From Blastocatellia bacterium (GTDB taxonomy: Bacteria > Acidobacteriota > Blastocatellia > UBA7656): DNA of 64,000 nucleotides. The stretch spans positions 753 to 64,752 of the forward strand of contig JBBWZK010000135.1 of NCBI GenBank assembly GCA_039648975.1. Reading direction: 5' to 3'. Shown here piece by piece: positions 39,203 through 47,364 of this stretch. The translations under genes were made by a program, and so were the position numbers. Each line of letters starts with the position of its first letter. The first letter of the stretch is position 1. Under the pieces are notes generated by a model, which was not told the origin of the DNA, searched no databases, and saw only the letters and a list, made by a program, of their open reading frames with translations.

Positions 39203-41674
39203 TCATGACGAAAGTTTAGCGCATTTAACCAGCTCGATAATTCCAGGGTCTGTGCGAATGGAGTCTAGAAACGGCTCCATCATCAAGAAGGGGAAGGTTG
39301 CAAATTTATCGCTGCAAGCTTGCTGTAATAATGCATACGCTCGCTCTTTTTCGCCAAGCCCGATGTAAATAAGCGCCTTTTCCTGAGGCGGTATATCAGG
39401 TTCCTTTGATAGTTTATCAAGGATTTCCAGCGCCTCGCTTTTTCTTCCGGCCCTTCCATAAGCAAAGCCCAGCGGGGCAGCGCCGTAGAAGTTATCTGCG
39501 GCGTAGAGCTTTTGAAACACCTTTATAGAGTCTTGCAACATCCCTTTTTGCAGGTAGGCCAACCCCAGTACGTTCAGCGTCGCAAGGTGATCGGGATTTC
39601 TTTCAAGATTCATCCGGCAGTATTCGATAGCTTTGTCATAGTGTCGCGAGTAGTAGTAGGCAAGCCCCACATTCATGATTGAGGGCGGGGCAAACGGCTC
39701 AAGGTCCCAGGCGATTTCGCTTTCCCTTATCGCTTCATCCTCCCGCCCTTTCAGCCCCAGGAGGCGGGAATACCAGAAATGTGCCGGGGAGTATTCAGGG
39801 TTTAGCTCAATCGCCCGCTTAAACTCTTTTTCAGCCGCTTGCCAATCCCATTCGTACTTTAATAGGTAAACCGCCTTAGAGGTATGCGCTTCTGCAAGCG
39901 TGTCATCAATCTCTATAGCCTTATTCGCAGCCCATTTCGCATTATTCATGGCCTCTCTGGTGGATATTGGACGACCAAAAGTAACCGCGCTCAACAAGAC
40001 GTAGGAATCCGCCAGCCCGGCGTAGGCCTTGGCGTAGTACGGATCCAGCTTGACCGCCCGGTCAAAGAAATTGATGGCTTTCTTAATATTCTCTTTGTTT
40101 CTATCGTTCCAATAATACCGTCCGTAGAAATACATTCTGCAAGCTTCCTCATTTTCGGTGGGGCGGGCAAATAAAAGCCGCTTTTCGTCTTCGCTGAGCG
40201 AGAGATGTAATTTAGAGGCCAGTTTATAAGCAAGGTCAGATTGAAGACTTAGCAATTCGCCGGGCGCGATGATGTACTTATCCTCCCAAATCGGCAACCC
40301 GTCCGCCGAATCGACCAGCTTGACTTCAAGCGCAAGGGCTTCATTCTCTGTTGTCAGCGTTCCAAAAAGCACCGCCTGGACGTTGAAATCACTCAGTATC
40401 CGCCGCTGCGCCTCCTGATCATCCTCGTAAGCCGGGATCACGGTCGGCGCTTTAACCTTCAGCTTTGACAGACTGGAAAGCCGGTTGGTGATCCCCTCGG
40501 TCAGCCCTTTGCTCAGAATTTCAGCGTTCGCATCCTTGCTTTTGTTGACTATCGGAAGCACCGCGAGCGTCTGAATCCTTGATGGTTTTAAATAAACCAT
40601 CAAGATGGCGAGGACGAGCAGCAAAAGCAGAACGGCGGCAACATAGTTGCGGATCTGATAGCGGGCTGGCCGCCTCGGGCTGAGTCGGGCCACTTCTGGG
40701 GGATTGTCGAGGTCCAGGAGAAGCTCACTCGCGGATTGGTATCGTAGCTCTCTATCTCTCTGCAAGCACTTCTGAACGATGGAGGTCAGCCCCGGCTGAA
40801 TATGGGTTGAACAACTGATCATTTCGTAAAGGACAATCCCGAAGCTGAAGATGTCACTACGATAGTCCAGCCTCTCGGACCTCAGTTGCTCCGGGGACAT
40901 ATAAGCTATGGTGCCGACCACCAATCCCAATTTGGCGCTTTCACTTTCAGCCATGTTGAGCGCATCCGGTTTTTGCTGAACGTGTTTTGCCAGCCCGAAA
41001 TCGAGAACCTTCACCTGCCCGGTGGCCGTCACCATGATGTTTTGCGGCTTTATGTCACGGTGGATGATGCCATGAGAGTGGGCTTCGATGAGGGCGCTGA
41101 CGATCTGAATAGCTAAGTGAGAAATCTTTTCAGATGGGAACGTCCCATTGCGTATCAGCGAGGCCAGCGTTTCGCCTTCGATATACTGCATCACGATGAA
41201 GTTATATCCGTCGTGTTCTTCAAAATCATGCACGACGCAGATGTTCGGGTGATCCAGTCGCCCTATGGCCTGGGCCTCTTTCTTCAGTTGTCTTTTGGCC
41301 CATGCATCATCGGTAAATGGGTGAGAGAGAAATTTTAGAGCAACTTTGCGGTCGAGCCGGTCATCTTGCGCAAGATAAACTTCCCCCATGCCGCCCCGGC
41401 CCAACAACACCTGAATCTGATATGAGCCGATCTGTTTTCCGACCAGCGACTCTTTTTCCGGCTCCTCGGCCAGCACCTTCATTCCGAGGCTGAAGGCAGG
41501 CCGTTCCATGAACTCTCGTTTATTCTCGAAGGCGGCGATTAAGGACTCAACCTCCCTGCGCAGCGATGCATCATCCACGCAAACCTTGGCCAGATACACG
41601 GCTCTCTCTTCGGCGCTAAGGCCCATCGCTTCATGGAACAGGACTTCGGTGCGCTGCCAGTTCTTAGGCTTCAT
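39203..41674 (-). CDS. membrane-spanning Ser/Thr protein kinase with TolB-N-like and TPR sensor region
   Basis: 823 aa. GRGGMGEVYLA, VALKF, HRDIKPQNIMV, DFGLA, YMSPEQ. TM segment YVAAVLLLLLVLAILMVYL. LAVLPIVNKSKDANAEILSKGLTEGI module followed by multiple TPR-like repeats. Start overlaps the sigma-factor stop by 11 nt. Confidence 0.85.
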   Translation of the reverse strand: MKPKNWQRTEVLFHEAMGLSAEERAVYLAKVCVDDASLRREVESLIAAFENKREFMERPAFSLGMKVLAEEPEKESLVGKQIGSYQIQVLLGRGGMGEVYLAQDDRLDRKVALKFLSHPFTDDAWAKRQLKKEAQAIGRLDHPNICVVHDFEEHDGYNFIVMQYIEGETLASLIRNGTFPSEKISHLAIQIVSALIEAHSHGIIHRDIKPQNIMVTATGQVKVLDFGLAKHVQQKPDALNMAESESAKLGLVVGTIAYMSPEQLRSERLDYRSDIFSFGIVLYEMISCSTHIQPGLTSIVQKCLQRDRELRYQSASELLLDLDNPPEVARLSPRRPARYQIRNYVAAVLLLLLVLAILMVYLKPSRIQTLAVLPIVNKSKDANAEILSKGLTEGITNRLSSLSKLKVKAPTVIPAYEDDQEAQRRILSDFNVQAVLFGTLTTENEALALEVKLVDSADGLPIWEDKYIIAPGELLSLQSDLAYKLASKLHLSLSEDEKRLLFARPTENEEACRMYFYGRYYWNDRNKENIKKAINFFDRAVKLDPYYAKAYAGLADSYVLLSAVTFGRPISTREAMNNAKWAANKAIEIDDTLAEAHTSKAVYLLKYEWDWQAAEKEFKRAIELNPEYSPAHFWYSRLLGLKGREDEAIRESEIAWDLEPFAPPSIMNVGLAYYYSRHYDKAIEYCRMNLERNPDHLATLNVLGLAYLQKGMLQDSIKVFQKLYAADNFYGAAPLGFAYGRAGRKSEALEILDKLSKEPDIPPQEKALIYIGLGEKERAYALLQQACSDKFATFPFLMMEPFLDSIRTDPGIIELVKCAKLSS

Positions 41675-42227
41675 TGGTCAACTCGCGCGCAAGCCACGCT
41701 TTGGCTAAGTTCCAATCGCGCATAACTGTGACGGGAGAGACCTTCAGCACCTCTGCGGTCTCCTCGACGCTGAGGCCGCCAAAAAAACGCAACTCGACGA
41801 CCTGACTCTTTCGCTCGTCTATCGAGGCCAGTCGGTTCAACGCTTCATCAAGAGCGATCAACTCGGCGGATCGCTCGGTTGATATAATGGCTTCCGAGAG
41901 CGATACGTGGATTGCGCCGCCACCGCGCTTGATGCGGTTCTGGTCTCGCGCATAATTGAGTAGAATGCGGCGCATGATCCGCGCCGAAATGGCGATAAAG
42001 TGCGCCCGATTTTGCCAGCGCACCCGGGTCTGGTCCATCAGCCGGACAAACGCCTCGTTGACCAGGGCCGTAGTCTGTAACATGTGGCCGGGATACTCAT
42101 GATGCATATATTGGTGTGCCAGACGATGAAGCTCTTTTTCGACTAAAGGGATCAGCCGCTCCAAGGCATTCTGATCTCCATTGCACCATGCGATGAGTAG
42201 ACCTGTAACTTCTGTGGAAGAGTGCAT
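41664..42227 (-). CDS. ECF-type RNA polymerase sigma factor (kinase-associated subgroup)
   Basis: Track ORF 41664..42263 starts at TTG; ATG 42227 (MHSSTEVTGLLIAWCNGDQNALERLIPLV) is the alternative I list. Region 2 ALVNEAFVRL; region 4 LSVEETAEVLKVSPVTVMRDWNLAKAWL. Start is uncertain. Confidence 0.8.
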   Translation of the reverse strand: MHSSTEVTGLLIAWCNGDQNALERLIPLVEKELHRLAHQYMHHEYPGHMLQTTALVNEAFVRLMDQTRVRWQNRAHFIAISARIMRRILLNYARDQNRIKRGGGAIHVSLSEAIISTERSAELIALDEALNRLASIDERKSQVVELRFFGGLSVEETAEVLKVSPVTVMRDWNLAKAWLARELTNEA

Positions 42228-42509
42228 AGCGTTTGAATCTGCGGCGTAACCTTCTCCTATCAAGAAAGCCTCACTACAACAAGACTGTTCTTAAATCAGA
42301 AGATAGTTTTTGACCCGATCTGGTGCGTTATGTCATGAAGGCGAAAATTGAGTCGCGTGAGTCTCAACCGGTCGTCTTCTGTTTTTAAGCTTAGGGCACC
42401 AGTGCAGTAGGTTATATATCGATTCTTACTGATATTGCAATCTCTTTTTTGGGATACCAGGCCATTTATGAAAGCTAAATTTACCGCTGATTCGGGCAGG
42501 AAAACTGTA

Positions 42510-42947
42510 ATGGCAAACACGATTAGAAGCTGGATGATGGTGGCTCTGGCCACAGTCGTTGCGCTCCTTTATGGCGGCGCGGTGCTGGGCATCGTCAAGC
42601 CGCAGGCCGACGAGAGAATGATTGAACGCATTGAGCCGATTATTTTTGTGATCATCGGATATTACTTTGGCAGGCTGCCTGCCCAGCAGAATGAAAACAC
42701 ATTGCGAGAAGAGATCAACCGTCAAGCTCAAAAGGCCGATGCGGCGCAGCATACTAAGGAGCAGGCGCAGCAGGCCAGAGAGTCGTTTGAAGAGAAGATG
42801 AAAAGCGTCAGGACGGTGTTGATGGCTTCGGTGTTGGGGCTTGAGAAAAAGCGGCAGACCGATAATCACGATAAGCCGGGCGGGCCGGTCTATGACGATT
42901 CTGTGCGCCAGTCAATGGCTGCTGCCATAAACATTCTGAACTCGTAA
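42510..42947 (+). CDS. hypothetical membrane-anchored coiled-coil protein
   Basis: Track ORF 42435..42947; starts at 42468 or 42510 are both possible. Two hydrophobic segments (WMMVALATVVALLYGGAVLGIV, IIFVIIGYYFG), then a charged helical stretch QQNENTLREEINRQAQKADAAQHTKEQAQQARESFEEKMK. Confidence 0.5.
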   Translation: MANTIRSWMMVALATVVALLYGGAVLGIVKPQADERMIERIEPIIFVIIGYYFGRLPAQQNENTLREEINRQAQKADAAQHTKEQAQQARESFEEKMKSVRTVLMASVLGLEKKRQTDNHDKPGGPVYDDSVRQSMAAAINILNS

Positions 42948-43019
42948 CGGAAATAGATGACCGGAATACTTGATCCGGTCGTCAACTCAACAACCAAAAA
43001 CCAAACATGGAGCAAACAA

Positions 43020-43676
43020 ATGCGGAAATATTTTCTCATGGCCGTCCTCTTACTCATCGGGGAAAGCTCTGCGCTGGCGCAGGAATGCTGCCCTTCCAAG
43101 GAAATCTTTTTGGGATACTCGTATTTTAATGCGAGCGCGACCGGGGATCGCATTTCGTCCAATCAATTCACCTCCCGCTATGGTCTTAACGGAACCGGCG
43201 CGAGCTTCGCCTGGAACCGATCTCCCAAGCTCGGCTTTATCGGGAACTTCAGCTACAACGCTAGAAAGTCGACCATCGGCGAAGCGGTCATAGGCGGAGT
43301 GACGATAGGCGAAGCGAAATCGAAGCTGAGAAATTACACCCTTTTGTTTGGGCCGCAGTTTTCTGCGCGCAGCAGCGACACCAATTATTTCCTGCATGTG
43401 ATGGCCGGGATGATTATTAAACAGGCCGAACTGTCGGGAGCCATTAATCCCGACAACCCGGCCATGACGGTGAACTTAAAATCAACCAGCACCAATCTGG
43501 CTCTGGGGATTGGCGGCGGCTTCGACATGCATGTCGCCAGGCATCTGAGCTTGCGGTTGTTTCAGTTGGACTACATACCCTCGCGGGTCGAGAAAGATAC
43601 ATTGGATGGCAAGGCATGGAATCATAACTTCAGATTGCAGGCGGGAATTCTGATTAGCTGGGGCTTGGCTAAATAG
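43020..43676 (+). CDS. small outer-membrane beta-barrel protein
   Basis: Track ORF 42957..43676, trimmed to ATG 43020 (GGAG upstream; MRKYFLMAVLLLIGESSALAQ signal peptide). Alternating hydrophobic/polar strands (LGYSYFNASA, GASFAWN, GFIGNFSYN, LALGIGGGFDMHV, FRLQAGILISW). Confidence 0.6.
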   Translation: MRKYFLMAVLLLIGESSALAQECCPSKEIFLGYSYFNASATGDRISSNQFTSRYGLNGTGASFAWNRSPKLGFIGNFSYNARKSTIGEAVIGGVTIGEAKSKLRNYTLLFGPQFSARSSDTNYFLHVMAGMIIKQAELSGAINPDNPAMTVNLKSTSTNLALGIGGGFDMHVARHLSLRLFQLDYIPSRVEKDTLDGKAWNHNFRLQAGILISWGLAK

Positions 43677-43791
43677 TCATGCTCGCACCTTGCCCGCCGA
43701 ACCGCCTCTGCCGCAACGCGCAATTCCAGCAGCGCCAGTTGTGCCAGAACCCGTTCGCTGAAACCGAGACGAAACTTTCGGAGGATAAAAA

Positions 43792-46700
43792 ATGAAAATG
43801 AAGAATGCTGTCAATCGCCTGTTTGCCCTGTTTGTCTCTATTGCGCTCTTATCCCCCCTGTTCGCATTGAGAGCCGAGGCCGGAGACAACAAGGGGAACA
43901 AGGATAGAGTAATCATTCACATCGGCGCGCCGGCAGTCTGGTCATTGGGACAGGCGCATTACCTGTTGGCGAAGATGCAAAAGAACAACCTGCAACTTGA
44001 AACCAACACGCCCGGTAAAGAGGCTCTGGATCCCAACGCCATCAATGCGACGAAAATCCAGATACTGCGAACGCTACTCGATGTTGAGGCGCAGTTCAGC
44101 GAAAAGATCGGCGCTGAAAACCGAGCGGAGCTCGATGCCTTCAAAGATAAGCTTAAGCGCAGGGAAGAGCAGCGGACCGAACTCAGGCGCAAGCAGGCAG
44201 AACTCGATGACCTGGATACGGAATTGAGAACGCTGCGACAAAGACAAGCCCGAATGCAGAAGGAATTAGAGCAGATACAGACTGAGCGCAAGCGGCCAAA
44301 GCCGGACCCACAAGACCCATCGAAGACGCTGCCTACTCCGCCGCCCAGCGCTGATGAGAATGAGTTAGAGCAGGACCTGGCCGCAATGGGCCAGAAGATA
44401 AATGAAAAGCAGAAAGAGCGGGATAAGGTAAAAGGCGAAGTTGATGAACTGGAGAAGCAAGCTAATACGGATGTGGCGGGGCCGAAACTGTCAGAGGTTC
44501 AGCTTGGCAACGGCGCGTCATTGCCCAGTGCTACCAAGTCCATCTCAGATCGTATAGATAAAGTCATAACTAACATGAATGACCCGCGCTTTGCGGCCTC
44601 AATCGTGCTGGATAATTTCATCGGCATGCAATATGAGATCATCGCCAAGCAATTGACGCTTTTGCGAGACGAGGTCGGCCCGGACGAGCGCATTGTGTTT
44701 CTCGAACTCCCCTCATCGATCTACACGGTGGCATGTAAGGGGGATGAGTATATTGCGCAGGTTCAGTGGGCCGTCACGGAGTATTATGATGATCCCGATA
44801 TTCACGAGGCGACTGAAGACCGTGAAACGACCATGAATAAGGCGGCTCGCCTGGCAGAGGCGTTCAGGCAATCCAACCTTAAATCAGACAGCAACAGAAC
44901 CGACGACCCGGATAAAAAGAAGCCGGAAGGCGAACCCGTAACTGTACAGCTTAACCATTTAACCGAAAATGAACAGAACTACATAGGCCGTCAAGACTAC
45001 ATCGCTCTCAGGAATCGAAAAATCGCATTGATTAAAAATCAGCAAGCGGTTAAAAGCATTGATCCCCGCGATGCCAACTGGACGACGGCTGATTCCAGCA
45101 CGGTGAGAGCCGTTGATGTCATCCCGCGCCAGAGCGCCCTGAATGTCAATGAAGTTCAATCGACCACCAGCCAGAAAAATTTTCTCGGCGTCATGAAGCT
45201 GCTGATCGGTCTCGGTGTCAGGGTGAATTATCAAAGGCAACAGGAATTGTATGAGCAGTATCTTCAGCAGGAGGTTTTCGCTTCTGGCTTTGGCAAAGGC
45301 CGCAACGCCTTCGGATGGACCTTTGGCCCGCTGCCGGGCACCGACCGCATCTCGCCGGGCGTTCGCACGACCTTTGCCGCGCTAGTCATCCCGCGCAGCG
45401 CCTCGCTCTTGCGATTGGAGGCCAGGGGCGTCGCCTTCCACAGAAAAGAGGCCCCCGCCCTGGAAGAGCCGGACTTGGCGACCGGGAATGACATACCGAT
45501 TTACAAGAATGGATCTCGTCATCTGGTCTTTAAGGACGATTTTGCCATCATTATTCCTAATGAGACGACCGAGAAGTTCGAGGTCAGCAGCATTAATTAC
45601 ACACCGGCTAGAAAGGGAGAGCCGGTAACGGTCGTTGTCAAAGGAAGCTATTTCTCGCCGCAGTCAGGCATACTGGTCGACGGCGTGCCGCTAGTCAGAA
45701 GCCTGTCGCTCGGTAATACGGCCACTTCAGAAGCCATCAAGGACCCGGATGGGGCCGGTGTTCGCGGCCAGTATGAACAGGTCAGCTCGCACGAGATCGT
45801 CATGAAGTTCTCGATGCCCGATAACTTTGCCGGCACTCCTAACATAACGCTTGTCACCCCGGAAAAATCATCGGCGTTGAACTTCATCACTCTGTTAATC
45901 AATGATCACAGGCCGAATACGACGCTCCGCGACCTGGTTGTGACCGAACCTATGTTTATGCCCTCTTTCAGTCTGCAAACGAAATTCACTGATATGCGGG
46001 ATGACGGCAGTACGGGTTTCAAGTTCGCGCTGCTTAGAGGGACGGGGCTGAGACGCAAAGCGGAGGTGTGGGTGAACGGCGAGGAATTGAAGCTTTTCAG
46101 AAAGACAGAAAGTCAGATGAAGCTTCTGAGAGATTATACGCCCAGACGCACTCTCGATGATCTGGACTTGCGCGAACTCCGGCGAAGTATTGCTTACGCT
46201 TATCAGCAGGATATCTGTGCCAGGCTTGGCGGTTGCACCCCCGAAGATAGCTGGCGACTATTCAGACAGAAGGAGTTGCAGTTGTTGGATAGTAACGAGC
46301 TATACAAGGCCGTCAAAGAAATGGAAATCGCCAGGCTCAAAAATCTCCCTGCCGCCAAGCCTGAAAGTCAGATCACGCAGGACATAGAGGACAAGTACGA
46401 GAAGCCGCAAGTGCCTCAATACATCATTGAACAGAATGTCGGCGAGTATCAGCTACGGTTTAAGAAAACCAACCCGGAAAAATACGCGGTCAGGTACGGG
46501 CAGAACGCCATCAATAATTACGAAGCAAGCGACTTCACTCAGGTAGAAATTACCGAAGACGCGACGCTGATGAATTACGCCCCCAACTACGAAAAGTCCG
46601 TGGCTCGCGTAGACGTAAGATTCAAGGTTCCTGATAAGGCGGTCGTCAAAGCTGTAGAGGTTTCACCGAGTGACAAAGAGGACAAAGCGATCAGCCTCCA

Positions 46701-47169
46701 TGCCGAGGGCAATAATTACTATCGAGCCCTCCTCAATGTCAAGTTCGACGATCTTGGTAACAACACGCAAGTCGAAAAAGAGAAGATCTCTGTGACTGTG
46801 ATCTATGCAGACGGCAGGTTGAAGACTTATGACTTAAGTCCCCCCCTACGCCCGCGTATTACAAAGATCACGCTCGATCAGCCGACAGTCGCCGATAATG
46901 ATGGCCCTGTGGTTTCGGTCGAAGGCAACAATCTCAAGGGCATTAAAAAGGTGAAGGTCGGCGACAAGGAAGCCGACATTGTTGGCTGGCAAAGTCCGAA
47001 CACTCTGTTGATCAAACTGAAAGGCATAGAGATTAAGAAAGATACGCCTGTGCAGGTCCCGCTTGTCCTGGAAGCCGAAGACGGCACCAAGCTAACCGTA
47101 ATAGTAACTGTAGGCGAGACGAAAAAGAAGAAGGAGCAATCCGCCGACCAGGCACCCGAAAAGAAGTGA
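43792..47169 (+). CDS. 1125-aa secreted orphan protein: signal peptide, long coiled coil, central unknown region, IPT/TIG-like domains
   Basis: GGAGG upstream. MKMKNAVNRLFALFVSIALLSPLFALRAEA signal peptide. Heptad-rich charged region (DAFKDKLKRREEQRTELRRKQAELDDLDTELRTLRQRQARMQKELEQIQ). IPT-like segments (VSSINYTPARKGEPVTVVVKGSYFSPQSGILVDGVPL; ITKITLDQPTVADNDGPVVSVEGNNLKGIKKVKVGDKEADIV). Lys-rich tail. Confidence 0.7.
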   Translation: MKMKNAVNRLFALFVSIALLSPLFALRAEAGDNKGNKDRVIIHIGAPAVWSLGQAHYLLAKMQKNNLQLETNTPGKEALDPNAINATKIQILRTLLDVEAQFSEKIGAENRAELDAFKDKLKRREEQRTELRRKQAELDDLDTELRTLRQRQARMQKELEQIQTERKRPKPDPQDPSKTLPTPPPSADENELEQDLAAMGQKINEKQKERDKVKGEVDELEKQANTDVAGPKLSEVQLGNGASLPSATKSISDRIDKVITNMNDPRFAASIVLDNFIGMQYEIIAKQLTLLRDEVGPDERIVFLELPSSIYTVACKGDEYIAQVQWAVTEYYDDPDIHEATEDRETTMNKAARLAEAFRQSNLKSDSNRTDDPDKKKPEGEPVTVQLNHLTENEQNYIGRQDYIALRNRKIALIKNQQAVKSIDPRDANWTTADSSTVRAVDVIPRQSALNVNEVQSTTSQKNFLGVMKLLIGLGVRVNYQRQQELYEQYLQQEVFASGFGKGRNAFGWTFGPLPGTDRISPGVRTTFAALVIPRSASLLRLEARGVAFHRKEAPALEEPDLATGNDIPIYKNGSRHLVFKDDFAIIIPNETTEKFEVSSINYTPARKGEPVTVVVKGSYFSPQSGILVDGVPLVRSLSLGNTATSEAIKDPDGAGVRGQYEQVSSHEIVMKFSMPDNFAGTPNITLVTPEKSSALNFITLLINDHRPNTTLRDLVVTEPMFMPSFSLQTKFTDMRDDGSTGFKFALLRGTGLRRKAEVWVNGEELKLFRKTESQMKLLRDYTPRRTLDDLDLRELRRSIAYAYQQDICARLGGCTPEDSWRLFRQKELQLLDSNELYKAVKEMEIARLKNLPAAKPESQITQDIEDKYEKPQVPQYIIEQNVGEYQLRFKKTNPEKYAVRYGQNAINNYEASDFTQVEITEDATLMNYAPNYEKSVARVDVRFKVPDKAVVKAVEVSPSDKEDKAISLHAEGNNYYRALLNVKFDDLGNNTQVEKEKISVTVIYADGRLKTYDLSPPLRPRITKITLDQPTVADNDGPVVSVEGNNLKGIKKVKVGDKEADIVGWQSPNTLLIKLKGIEIKKDTPVQVPLVLEAEDGTKLTVIVTVGETKKKKEQSADQAPEKK

Positions 47170-47364
47170 CTCACCTGACCTGAAGAGCCGAAGGGGGCGG
47201 ATGGAAATGCAAATAATCAGGGATTCTATTTTCAGATGCCGGACTCGATTGATTCACAGAATCCTTGCATCCTGAGATAGCGGCGGCGACGGTTGTCGAT
47301 TAATCTCGGGCGAAAGAAAACAGGTCCATCTCACAGGTCAAAATCTGGAAAGGAAGTTTAGATC

